Assembly (NCBI GenBank): GCA_036785375.1
Contig: JAWMAR010000384.1
Location: 868,001-932,000 of the forward strand
Direction: 5' to 3'
Length of the DNA stretch: 64,000 nucleotides
Origin: Leucoraja ocellata
Taxonomy: Eukaryota
The position numbers and the translations under genes are program-made. A model generated the notes under the pieces. The model saw only the letters and a program-made list of their open reading frames with translations, was not told the DNA's origin and did no database searches. Shown here one piece after another: positions 25,382 through 38,728 of this stretch (position 1 is its first letter; every line of letters starts with the position of its first letter).

Positions 25382-28300
25382 TATAATATTAAATCTCTGT
25401 GGCTGGCTGCTGGCTGGCTGTGTTTCTGCCTGACTTGTGGTCCCCAGCCTGTGGCTGCCAGCCTTTGATTCGTTGCTACGCCAACACCAGACCCACAAAT
25501 GCCCAGAATGTTTCCATTTCGGTAGAGATTTCATTTTTCATTCCAAGTATCCACTCCTGATTAAATTTCGTCGTGTTTATGTACAAATTATAAATTAAAT
25601 CCTTTTGGGGATTAATGTGTTGTTGGCCAGAAACTGCATCGATTTCCTATCCCTATCTATTGCTCTAATTCCCTTAGTGAAGAAAAGTCACTTTACGTAG
25701 GAGTCCAGGGCCGAAGTATTATATAATATAGTTTATTAAAGTAGGCGAGGGGACGTTTGAAGGGGGCACACTTTGCATGTCTTTTTTAAACAGAAAGTGT
25801 GCAACGCTTTGCTAGAAGAAGCGGTGTAAGTAGATACCCAGCAAGGCTGCAAGGTTCAAGAGGCATTTAGGCAAACACGTGAACAGATAGGGAATGGAGG
25901 GATATAGACATTATATATGGCAGGCAGATGACATTGGCATTAGGTTCGCACAGACATTGTGGGCCATCGTGGATAGATCTGAAGTTATGACACTGACATC
26001 GTGTTTAACAGCATTCACGCGGATGATGAGCGAGATAGGCCGACAGCATTTATACATGGCATGAATGTAAGTGTATGATTTTCTCGCCGGTCCTGGCGCT
26101 CACACATAGACATCTTCGAAAGGCAACGGTAAAATATTGTAATGACATTACGAGACAGGAGAACATGCGGCCTTTTGGGTCAGTACCTGCCACAGAGGGC
26201 AGTGGAGGCCAAATCACTGGATGGATTTAAGAGAGAGAGTTAGAGCTCTAGAAGCTAGTGGAATCAAGGGATATGGGCAGAAGGCAGGCACGGGTTATTG
26301 ATTGGGGACGATCAGCCATGATCTCATTGAATGGCGGTGCTGGCTCGAAGGGCCGAATGGCCTCCTTCTGCACCTATTTTCTATGTTTCTATGTCTCTAT
26401 GAAAATATTCAGAACAAATGAGACCCGATATCGATGACCAGGGAAAGGTGGAGCTCACAATGGATAACCAGGATACTACGGGAACGGAAGGAAAAGGCAA
26501 GGCCGGGAACACAAATCTTTGTTTTTGGCTCCTTCATTACGCCCCACAGGAGAAATTGGGAAGAAAATGGGCATGATAATGGCAGCCTGAGAATAATGGG
26601 AATTGGTCCCTTTGAACAGGGAAGGTATAATGGTGATTTGAATGAGGGGCATAGTCAAGGCGTTTTAATTGACCATTTTTTTCCGAGTGAAAGTAGGCTC
26701 AGTATTTACAGATTTAGAGGCATTGCCAAAATAACTAACCAGCAGGTGAGCAATTGCAGATATGTGACCATTTATTCGAATCCGCAAAAAATGCATACAA
26801 TCCGGATAATTTAGAAAAGATAAGACACATAATGAGATCATGGCTGAAACTTACAAAGTTCTTAGGGGGTTGGACAGGCTAGATGCAGGAAGATTGTTCC
26901 CGACGTTGGGGAGGTCCAGGACAGGGGGTCACAGTTTAAAGAAAGGGGGGAAATCTTTTGGGACCGAGATGAGGAAAACATGTTTTCACACATCTCTGGA
27001 ATCTCTGAAATTCTTTGCCACAGAAGGTAGTTGAGGCCAGTTCATTGGCTATATGTAAGAGGGAGTTAGATGTGGCCCTTGTGGCTAAAGGGATCAGGGG
27101 GCATGGAGAGAAGGCTGGTGCAGGATACTGAGTTGGATGATCAGCCATGATCATATTGAATAGCGGTGCAGGCTCGAAGGGCCGAATGGCCTACTCCTTC
27201 ACCTATTTTCTATGTTTCTATGTTTCTATAAAGCTGGAGTAAATTAGCGGGTCAGACAGCATCTCTGGAGAAAATGAATAGGTGACATTTCGGATCGAGA
27301 CCTTTCTTCAAACAGCCTGAAGAAGGGTCTCGCCCCAAAACGTCACCGATTCCTTTTCTCCAGAGATGCTTTCTGACCCGCTGATTTACTCCTGATGTCT
27401 GTGTCTATCTTTGGTTTAAACCAGCATCTGCAGCTCCTTCCAATTCATTAAGACTTAAGCCCAGGTTGCTCATGTAACGTGAAAATAATTGGGAATAAAG
27501 CTTGGAATAAGTGAAAAGCGATTTGTGACAGAGGTCAGGGGTTTGTCCGGGACTGATTGTCCTCTAACTATAACATATAGTTCCCTCATTGTTCGCTACT
27601 AACCCCGCCCCCGTCCTATTCTCACCCCCTCTCCCCCCCCCCCTCTCTCTCTCTCTCCCACCCCTCGCTCTCTTTCTGCACGTGTCTATATGAAGCTGCC
27701 GTGCATTCATCGCATCTTTCTGTAGATATTATCTTGCTTTATTGAGAGTGTTGTTACCCAGTTCCAGTGTAATACCACCGTGAGACACGTACACGCCACA
27801 TACAAACTCAGTGGCAGTTCTGCTAACGCCAATAATCACCCCGTTTCTTTAAAGCTGACAATCAGAAAAAATAAAGAAGAAATAAGGTGTAATATTTGTA
27901 AATATTTAAATACAAACCCCGTCACCGATTAGTGTGAAAGTCACGGCCTTCTGTGATGAAGGATGGAGGTGCCATGCTTAGTGCGAGGGGTGTAAAGTGC
28001 AGGTGCGAACAACCCATCAGTTTACAGAAACCTGCTGATATGTTGGGAATTAATGGCGTTTCCAAATTTCCAGATTTCCACGTATGCACACGTATTTTAT
28101 TTAAATATGTAGCGGTACACCTTGTGAACAAAGACATATTTAACAAACCCTGAACGCACGAGGCTGGTAGGGACGTTTTTGATTATTTTTTTAAACAGCC
28201 TGAAACGTCTAATCTATTTCTCATTTCTCACATACCGCCCGACTTACTGAGTATGAACAGTATTTTCTGTTTATTTATGTGATAATTTGGGGTTTAAGAC

Positions 28301-28835
28301 CACGTTTGCCCTGCTTGGTTTATACGGTTCTTTGGCTGAATCATGTTGCACAAGAACTGACAAAGCACTGTAGAACGCGTGGTATAAATGGACGAGTGGC
28401 CCACTACTGTTGTACGATTGTAATTAGTGATCGAAATAGAGAAAGAATATCAGTGTTGCTAGCTCAAATCTACGAGACAACGCAACCCGTGTTAAGCCAT
28501 CATGGTTCGGGTCACAAATAAAACTGAGGGAATCAACAATGCATTTGAAATGCGTTTTTTAAACTTTATTGAACGGCTACGAAGATACCATGGGTACAAT
28601 AACAACATCCATGCTGTTGGATAACGCAATTGAATCTATTTGATGCTTCATTCAAGAACGACATTCTTTCGAAAGAACTACATTTAAAGTGAACAAGTCA
28701 TTAAAATCGAAGTTTCAACTACAAATGGCATTTCTGGACGAAAACACTGAAGTCCAATACATTACTAACTTTGTCACATGGACGAACCCAATGATGATAA
28801 GCTAACTTAGTCAGGTCAGCCTCACGTTTCCAACA

Positions 28836-29158
28836 TCAGATACAGCTGGATCTCACGATAGTTGTCTTAAGTGGGTTTGCCTGAGCCTGGTGTGTAACCA
28901 CACAGGAGTAAAGGTCGTGTAAGTTCCAGTCTGAGGCTGTCAGAGTCAGGTAACTGCTGAGACTGAACGTGTTGTCCTTATCCTGCTGGATCGGGCTGGT
29001 CTCAACGTCGCTATTTTTTGCACTGCCGTCGACGCTCCATTCAACGGCCACCGAGCCCGGATTAAAGCCGTTCACCAAACAAACCAGGGTGGCGGTGCCC
29101 TTTGAGGTAACTTCATCGGCTGAAGGCGGCAGGACCGTCACGATCGGTGCCCGAGGAT
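28836..29158 (-). CDS. IGLC: Ig light chain cluster 3, constant exon
   Basis: 323 nt, intact C1-set domain ending RSSCI*. Confidence 0.95.
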
Positions 29159-30152
29159 CTGTTTAATAAGAAGTCACATTTAATTGGAGAAATGCTGTCG
29201 TTGAGATATCATTATTTACCGAAAATACATCTCATTAAAGCACTCATTTATTCATTTATAGAAATGTCGTTTTATTCCCGACCTTTTTCAAACCATTATA
29301 ATGTGTTTATTTTAATTGGGTGAACAATAAATAAAGTGCGTGAAAGCAACTAAAATAGATCCTGTCTACCCTCTGTATAAACACCGGGAAACCATCTGTG
29401 ATAGATCATGGCTGCAGTATTTTATAAAACTGAATACATTATTATAACTTTTATAATGTTCATTTTACTACACATTTCCGGATTTACATTTATTTAAATG
29501 TATCAGCAGATATAAACGATTCGCGGTCGCGACATTTATAATAACAGATTTAAACTTATTTAATTGTCGGCACCATTGAGATGGAGGGTGACGCTATTTA
29601 AGTACGGCAAAAATATATGGAAACTAGTCTTCGAAGGCCACGGTCACCGATTCGCAGATATAGTTCACAAGCAAGAATTACATTGTAGTTCGAATGTTCA
29701 TTTAAATTTGAAATACACGGCTGCGTCCACGAAAAGCTGCTCTACGTATTAAACACAATTTCTGAAGGAAATGTGCGAAACTTTCTCCTTTCGCATTTGG
29801 CATTTTGATATCCTTGTTCAACCCGTCAACCGGATTTTTGACAGTGTTGAATATTGACGTTGGTGAACCCCGTTACCCAAGCAATTTCCTTTCATATTTG
29901 GACAATCACTGTAAATATGTCCGCAATGTATTGAACGAAGCTCAAGACAAAGCATTAGCTCGCTTTCCCAGTCATTTCACTGAGTTATGTCCAAGTGAAC
30001 TCGGAACATCTGTACAGCAAGATCGCACCATCTGCACTGAAATACAACTGGCCCAATCACGTATCATGTGAACTCAGGACATTAAATCAAGCAATATCTG
30101 CATTAAAATAAAAAGAAAACAGCGCGCTGTTCGAAGAATATATTTTACTTAC

Positions 30153-30497
30153 CGCCAATACCCAGCCTCGTTCCTTTACCGAAATATATACCACTATCCC
30201 ATTTGGCACAGTAATAGTCAGCAGCATCCACCGATTGAACGCTAGATATTGCGAATGTTACAGAGCTGCCTGACACCGAGATGGAAAAACGGTCTGGAAT
30301 GTCCGTGCCTTTATAAATGGTGCCGCCGGTATAGTGGGCGAATAGATACTTGGGAGTTTTGCCAGGAATCTGTTGGTACCACGAGACATAGTTAGCGCCT
30401 GAACTGGTACCCGATATGGTGCAGGGTATTTGTATGTTCTGTCCCGTAGAGGTGGACATCGAAGGCGGCTGAGTTACTGTAACAGCCGCGCTTATGT
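30153..30497 (-). CDS. IGLV: Ig light chain cluster 3, germline-joined VJ exon
   Basis: 345-nt open exon; CDR3 AKWDSGIY then FGKGT. Confidence 0.95.
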
Positions 30498-30618
30498 CTG
30501 AGAAAGGAGAAATATCAGAAAAAAAGAGAAAATATTAGGTTTGTTGAAGTGTGGGAGATAATCCCAAATTAATGGTGAACAGAAATAAGTATAATGTCCA
30601 GGGAAGTAAAATACTCAC

Positions 30619-30667
30619 AAACTGCGCAAAACACCAACGCACCGACCACACGGATCCAATAAGACAT
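30619..30667 (-). CDS. Ig light chain cluster 3, leader exon
   Basis: 49-nt leader, ATG and donor intact. Confidence 0.92.
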
Positions 30668-33600
30668 GTTCATTAACCGACTGAGCTCCGATGGGGCGGC
30701 AGTTTCCAGGACAAGTGGCGTGTAATCTTGCTCTCTGGTTCTCTTTATAAATGGAATGACGATATGTCACCGTGTGTTTAATTATCCAAACCAATCAAAC
30801 CGGTATGTTCGTCGAAGCCAATCAGAAATTGCCAGATTCTTCCTCAAAATATTCGCCCCTGTGAAACACGCAGGTCTTATTTTAGAGACTTGTGTTTCTA
30901 AAAAGCTTCATACATCCAGCAGAATGAAAAGGATTGTCACAGTTGTCCCTTCTTTATAAACAAACAATCTATAATGTTCTGTATGAACCCTCCGCATATA
31001 TACACTAAACAGATTGCGAGATTTAAATATTATATTCGGTAATTGTTTAATCAACAATGAAAACGGAATAGAAATATTTTATCTAAACTGACCAACTGAA
31101 TCCGTATCGCAGATTTCCTTCGCTCCCTCACTCGCTGAGTTTCTCCAACATTTTTGTCTACCTCCTTATCGCCGAATATAATATGATCACAGTCGCAGCA
31201 TCAGCACTGTTTTAGTAAATATCACATTAAATCTATATTTAGATATCTTTGTCATTTTAGAAATGATAAACCCCACAGGCTGCCCTTCTACTTGTGTATC
31301 AGATCATTTAGAAAAGACCTGAGGGGACAGAACATCACTAAAAATGTCAGTAAAGTTGCCGGTTTTGGAGGCTATTTTGACTACCCGACGTGTGTCGTGC
31401 GTGTAAAAGTGGTCTGTGATACTATCCTGTTGTAATGCGCAGTAATTCACGACTCAAAGTGTAAAGGTTACCTGTACCAAATTAATGCACATATGAGTGA
31501 AGTAAAAGGGGTCATATTGGCTCTCACCGCCTACTTCCAGAGTTCTTTCGGCTTTGAAGGAAGACAGGAATTCTATATACAGCACATCCATATTCAATTA
31601 AAGTTGAATGGAACACGGGCACTCCAGCACGGGCACGGGCAAAACTGACAAGGGAGAAACTTTGCAACGTGAACACGCGAAAGATTGCACTGGCTCATGG
31701 CTGTTCATTATTACCTCCGCAAATGCCGATCCGCAGATGCTACATGATGCCCCATAGAGTCAAAGAGAGTCAGTCATAGAGTGTGGAAACAGGCCCTACG
31801 GCCCAACTTTCACACATCGACCACCGACCCATCTACACTCGTCCCACCTGCCCGTATTGGGTCCATGTCCCTCCAAATCTGTCACATCCATTTACCTGTC
31901 TAACTGGTTTTTAAACGTTGGGATAGTCCCTGGCACAACTATCTCCTCTGGCTGCTTGTTCCATACTCCCGCCACCCTCTGTGGGAAAAAGTTACCCCTC
32001 ATATTCCTTTCTATTTAAAAACAAATCTTTTTATTGTTTTTTTCCCAAAAAAAGCAAAAATAAAACATAAAAAACAGAACAAAAAGAATAATGATAAACA
32101 TAACAATGGTATTGATACATAGGGATCAGGATTACATTAATAACAGGTATAACCTGATATGAGACCAATGTCAAAATACACAATGAATCTAGACCTCCAG
32201 GTCTCTATGTTAATATAGTTAAATCTTTAAAAGGAAACTTATAAATGTAAAAAAAAGCACAGAAAGAAATAGACAAAAAAAAGACTAAACTAAAGAAAGA
32301 AAAAAAAGGGAAAAATTGACAATAATAATAATAATAAAATACGCATAAAAATAAAATAGTTTAAAAAAACAAAGCAAAGCAAACCCGAATATGAACTGAG
32401 AATTTCAACAATGTAAATGTGTTTGTCGTCATGTCTGTTCCACCCTATAGAGATAAAATATTTTTTATAACGGTTCAAGAGGGAGCAATTTATGTTGTAT
32501 GAAAATGTTCAATACATTTTACCCAAGTCTTATCAAATTTAACCAAGGGTTCAACAGTGTCACTGCTGATTTTTTCAAAATGTAAACATGATATCGTTTC
32601 CGAATACCACTGGAGTGTGGTCGGAGGGTTAGGAGTCTTTCCATTTGAATAAAATAGATCTTCTGGCGATTAATGTGGTAAAAGCAATCAACCGATGGGC
32701 GGAGCGGGACAAATGACTAGAATCTAACATTGGCAGCCCCAAAATTGCAGTAATTCCAGTTTGTAAACCTATGCCTAAGACTACAGAAATAGTAACAAAA
32801 AATAATTTTCAATATTTTTCCAAAGAAGGGCAGGATCAAAACATATGGGTCAGTGAGGCCACTTCAGATTTACATCTGTCACAGGTAGGATTCATATGAC
32901 CATAAAAACGAGTTAACTTATCTTTTGACATATGAGCTCTGTGAACCACCTTGACTTGTATCAAAGCGTGTCTTGCACACATTGAATAGGAACCCCTCAG
33001 ATTCCTATTAAATCTTTGCCCGTCACCATGCACCCGGTCCTCCTCTGGGCAAGGGACTATACATCCACCCGATCTATTCCTCTCACGACCCTATACACCT
33101 CTATGAGGTTTCCCTTCAACTTCTGCTCTCCAAAGAATAGAGTCCAGGCCTACTCAACCCCTCCCTATACCTCAGTCATGGCAACATCCTCGTAAATCTT
33201 CTCTGTACCATTTCCAGCTTGTCGAAATCTTTCCTATACGGGTGCCCAGACTGAATTCAATACTCTACATGTGACGTCACCAACGTCTTATACATCTGCA
33301 ACAAGACCTCCCAACCTCGATACTCATTACTCTGGCTGATGAAGGCCAATGTGCCAAAAGCCTTTTTGACCACCCGATCTACCGTCGACTGCGTAGGTCC
33401 TGCCTATGTTAGATTCCCAAAATGCAACAGTTCACATTTCTCTGCATTAAATTCCATCAACCATTCCTCAGCCTACCTGGCCAATTGATCCAGAACCTGC
33501 TGCACTTTTTTTCACAACCATCTCAGCTATCTGCAAAACCTCCCACGTTTGTATCATCTGAAAACTTGCTAATCTTACCAAGTATGATCCCATTCAAAGC

Positions 33601-35572
33601 ATTGATATAGATGACAATCATTAACGGGCCCAGAACCGAACCCTGAGGCACACCCCGTGTTACTCCAGCACTTTGTGTTTTATCATGATTCCAGCATCCG
33701 CAGTTCCTTGTGTCTCTGTGTTCCCACTTTGGATGGGCAATAAATACTGCGTTTCCAAAGACTCAATCATCATACAAATGAATAACTTTGATGAATTAGA
33801 TGTGTCTAAGTTAGATAGAAACAAAGAAAATAGGTGCAGGAGGAGGCCATTTGGCCCTTTAAGCCTGCATCGCTATTCATTGTGATCATGGCTGATCATC
33901 CACAATCAGTAACCCGCGCCTGCGTGTTCCCCATAACCCTTGATTCCGCTAGCCCCGAGAGCTCTATCTAACTTTTAAATTCGTCCAGTGAATTGGCCTT
34001 TACGGCCTTCTGTGGCAGAGTATTCCACAAATACACAACTGTCTGGGTGAAAAAACTTTCTCCTCTCAATAAATGGCCTCCACTTTATTCTTAGATTGTG
34101 GCCTCTGGTTCTGGGCTCCCCCATCATTAGGAACATTTTTCCTGCGACTAGCTTGTCAGTTCTTTTATAATTGTATACGTTTCTATAAGATGCCCCCTCA
34201 TCCTTCTAAATACCAGTGAATACAAGCCCTATTTTTCCAATCTTTCCTCATATGAGATTTCCGCCATCCCAGGGATTAACCTCTTAAACCTACGCTGCAC
34301 TGCCTCAATAGCAAGGATGTCCTTCCTCAAATTAGGAGACCGAAACTGCACACAATACTCGAGATGTGGTCTCACCAGGGCCTTGTACAACTGCACAAGG
34401 ATATCTTTACTCCTCTACTCAAAACCTCTCGTTATGAAGGCCAGCGCCTCATTAGCTTTCTTCACTGCCTGCTGTATCTGCATGTTTTCTTTAATTGACT
34501 GGTGTATATGGACATTCAGGTCTCGCTGCACTTCCATTTTTCCTAATCTGACACCATTGAGATTCGATTGAAATTTGCCTCCTTGTTCTTGCTACCAAAA
34601 TGGATAAACTCACAATTGTCTACATTATACTGCATCTGCCTTGCATCTGCCCACTCACTCAACCTGTCCAAGTCACCCTGCAACCTCCTAGCCTCCTCTT
34701 CGCCGTTCACAATGCCACCCAACTTTGTGTCATCTGCAAATTTGCTAGTGTTACTTTTAATCTCATCATCTAAATCATTAATATATATATTGTAAATAGT
34801 TGCGGCCCCAACACTGAGCCTTGCGGCACTCCACTCGCCTCTGCCGGCCATTCTGGCAGGGACCCGTTTATTCCTACTCTTTGTTTCCTGTTTCCAAACC
34901 AATCCTCTACCCATGTCAATGCCATGTCAAAGATTGAGCAGAGTGCATTGACGAAGGATTGTTTAAAGTTGAACAGTCAAGAAAGTGGTCAAGGTGTACG
35001 AACAAAACAGCGTTGACCCCGCTGAACTTCCAGATGTCTATTGGGATATCTCAATTTCATTCTGAGAGACATCCGAGACTATCTCGGCCCTTGCTTTAAT
35101 AACTGGCTTACTGTTACTTGAGTACAAAGAAGAACAACTAGTTTTAAAACTGAGTTTACTTTTGTTTCGAGATCAGATGTATTCATTGTATAAATGAATG
35201 TTTCGATCCACCTCATGGAACTCATCTTCATGAGAAGTGGGTGACAGTGTGAGGTGTGAGGAAGGTGGTATGGGGTTGTAGCGTGACTTGGATATAGGTT
35301 GGGTGAGCGGACTATGTCCCTCATTCAAATCGCCATTATACCTTCCCTGTTCAAAGGGACCAATTCCGTTACTCTCGAGCTGCCATTATCATGCCCAATT
35401 TCTTCTCAATTTCTTCTGCGGCTTGTAATTTTTCTTACGGAGCCAACAGCAGACATTTGAGTCTTCCCGGCCATGCCTTTTTCTCCCGATTCCCTAGTGT
35501 CCTGGTTGTTCATTGTGAGCTCCACCTTTCCCTGATCGTCGATGTCGGGTCTCATTTGTTCTGAATCTTTTC

Positions 35573-37846
35573 ATAGAAACATAGAAACATAGAAACTAGG
35601 TGCAGAAGGAGGCCATTCGGCCCTTCGAGCCAGCACCGCCATTCATTGCGATCATGACTGATCGTCCCCAATCAATAACCAGTGCCTGCCTTCTCCCCAT
35701 ATCCCTTGATTCCACTAGCCTCTAGAGCTCTATCTAACTCTCTCTTAAAGCCATCCAGTGATTTGGCCTCCACTGCCCTCTGTGGCAGGGAATTCCACAA
35801 ATTCACAACTCTCTGGGTGAAAACGTTTTTTTCTCACCTCAGTCTTAAATGGCCTCCAAGACTGCGGCCCCTGGTTCTGGACTCGCCCAGCATTGGGAAC
35901 ATTTTTCCTGCATCTAGCTTGTGCAGTCCTTTTTATAATTTTATATGTTTCCATAAGATATCCCCTCATCCTTCTAAACTCCAGCGAATACCTGTCTAGT
36001 ATTTTCAATCTTTCCTCATAGGACAGTCCCGCCATCCCAGGGATCAATCTCGTGAACCTCCGCTGCATTGCTTCAATCACAAGGATGTCCTTCCTCAGGT
36101 TAGGAGACCACAACAGTACGCAATGCTCCAGATGTGGTCTTACGAGAGCCCTATACCACTGCAGAAGAACCTCTTTACTCCTATACTGAAATCCTCTTGT
36201 TATGAAGGCCAACATTAGCTTTCTTCACTGCCTGCTGTACCTGCACGCCAACTTTCAGTGACTGGTGTACAAAGACGCCCAGGTCTCGCTGCACCTCCCC
36301 CTTACCTAACCTAACCCCATTGAGATAATAATCTTCTCCCTTGTTGTTGCCGCCAAAGTGGATAACCTCACATTTATCTATATTATACTGCATCTGCCAC
36401 GCATCTGCCCACTCACTCAACCTGCCCAGGTCACCCTGCAACCACCTAACATCCTCTTCACAGTTCACACTGCCACCCAGCTTTGTGTCATCCACAAACT
36501 TGCTAGTGTTGCTCCTAATTCTCGCTTCCAAATCATTAATATATATGGTAAACAGTTGCGGCCTAAACACCGAGCCTTGCGGCACTCCACTCGCCATTGC
36601 CTGCCATTCTGAAAAGGACCCGTTCACTCCTACTCTTTGTTTCCTGTCTACCAACCAATTTTCTATCCATGTCAACACCCTGTCACCAATACCATGTGCT
36701 CTAATTTTAGTCACCAGTCTCCCGTGCGGGACCTTATCAAAGGCTTTCTGAAAGTCTAGATACACTAAATCCACTGGCTCCCCTACATCCATTTTACTTG
36801 TCATATCCTCAAAAAATTCCAGAAGATTAGTCAAGCATGATTTCCCTTTCATACATCCATGTTTAGTTGGACTAATCCTTTTACTGCTATCCAAATGCTC
36901 CATTATTACATCTTTAATAATTGACTCCAGCATCTTTCCCACCACCGAAGTCAGGCTAACTGGTCTGTAATTCCCCGTGTTCACTCTCACTCCTTTCTTG
37001 AAAAGTGGGATAACATTAGCTATCCTCCAATCCACAGGAACTGATCCTCAATCTATTGAACATTGGAAAATGATCATCAGTGCGTCCACTATTTCTTGAG
37101 CCACCTCCCTGAGGAACCTGGGATGCAGACCTGCTTGGATTCCTTTCCAGTCTACCTTGGCCAGCTCCTCTCTCATGCCTTCATGGTCCCCTTTGTTCAA
37201 CTGCATCACTGACACTTCCAATTTAACCTTCTCCTTCTCAAATTGCAGATTGCAGATTAAAACCAATCATATTATGATTACGACCTCCAAGTGGTTCCAT
37301 TACCTCGAGTTCTCTTATCAAATCTGGTTCATTAGACAACACTAAATCCAGAATTGCCGTTTCTATGGTCGTCTCCATTACAAGAGCTCTTAGAATCCAT
37401 CTCGGAGGCACTCGGAGAGAGTTTGCAGAAACTCTCTTTCTTGGGATCCTGAACCAACCTGATTTCCCCAGTCTACCTGCATATTGAAATCCCCCATCAC
37501 CACAGTGGCATTACCTTTGTTACATGCCAGTTTTAACTCCTGCTGCAACTTACACCTTACATCCGGGCTACTATATGGGGGTCTGTAGATAACATCAATT
37601 AGTGTCTTCTTGCCTTTACAATTCCTCAACTCAATCCACAGTGCCTATGTCTTCCTTCGCAAGGGACTGAATCCCATCCCTCACCAGCAGAGTTACCCCA
37701 TCCCTCCTCTGCCCACGTGCCTGTCCTTTCTTTTCCATAGGATGTATAACCCTGAATATTATTCCCAGACCCGATCCTCCTGCAGCCACATCTCAGTAAT
37801 CCCCACAATGTCATATCTACCAACCTCTAACTGAGCCTCAAGCTCA
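35573..37846 (-). mobile_element. CR1-clade LINE, decayed ORF2 (endonuclease fragments + reverse transcriptase + 3' tail)
   Basis: NYRPVSLTS, YLDFQKAFDKVPH, GVPQGSV, FVDDTKL motifs; VIYRPP and MGDFN endonuclease motifs; (TTTCTATG)n 8-bp tail; frameshifts. Confidence 0.9.
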
Positions 37847-38728
37847 TCTATATCTATATTCTATATCTATATCTATCTATCTATATTAAAACTCTGTGGC
37901 AGGCTGGCTGTGTGTGTTTCTGCCTGACTTGTGGTTGCCAGCCTTTGATTCGTTGCTACGCCAACACCAGACGCAGAAACGCCCAGATGTTTTCCATTTC
38001 GGTAGAGATTTCACTAATCATTCCAAGTATCCACTGCATAAATTTCGTCGTGTTTATGTACACATTATTAATAAAATCCTTCTACCCCCGCCCCCCCCCC
38101 CCCAATTAAAAAAAAAACAGCTCTCACCCATCGAATGTTGTTGAACGTTCACAATGCCCAATTCTCACAGATGTCCAATCGGAATGGATCATTTACATAT
38201 GCCTTTGCAGCAGCCCCAGCCCCAGCCCCTCCCCCCACCCCCCACCCCCCCCCCCAGCCTGTGTCGAAGCGCGTCATCACGTGTGTGGGAATAGACAAAG
38301 AGGATTGGGGGTGATAGGGAATGGGGAAGGGATGGACTGTCCCTACCCCTCCCCCTTCCACTCTCCCTCCCCACTATTTCCCCTCTCACCCCCACCCCTC
38401 TCCCCCTCCCTCCATACTCTTCCCCCTCCCTCCCCTACCCCATCTCCCTCCTCCACAACTCTCTCCCCCTCCCCTCTCTCCTCCCCTCACCACCCTTCTC
38501 TCCTCCTCCCTCTTCATCCCCCTCTCCTCACCCCACCCCCTCTCCCTGCCCTGCACCCACCCCCATCCCTCTCTCCCCCCCACCCCCCTCAATCTCTCCC
38601 CCCGCCCCCTACCCCTGTCCCTCTTCCACCACGCCCCTACCTCCTCTCCCCCCCTGCAGCGCCCCCCCCCCCCCCCCCCGCAAACGCGCGTTGGGGAAAC
38701 AGACCCAACGGGTCTGCACTTGGTCTAG
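37847..38728 (+). mobile_element. Non-autonomous Helitron, full length
   Basis: Follows A37846, starts TC(TATA), ends hairpin CAGACCC-AAC-GGGTCTG (38700-38716) + 8 nt + CTAG, followed by T; no TSD. Confidence 0.8.

Noticed and set aside
36181-37035. RT ORF as an active retroelement or a diversity-generating-retroelement-like partner of the V genes
   Set aside because: Fragmented CR1 ORF2 with FVDD in the catalytic motif, internal deletions and no template-repeat/variable-repeat pair
37501-37644. CACAGTG heptamers
   Set aside because: Inside CR1 sequence, no nonamer, far from V/J
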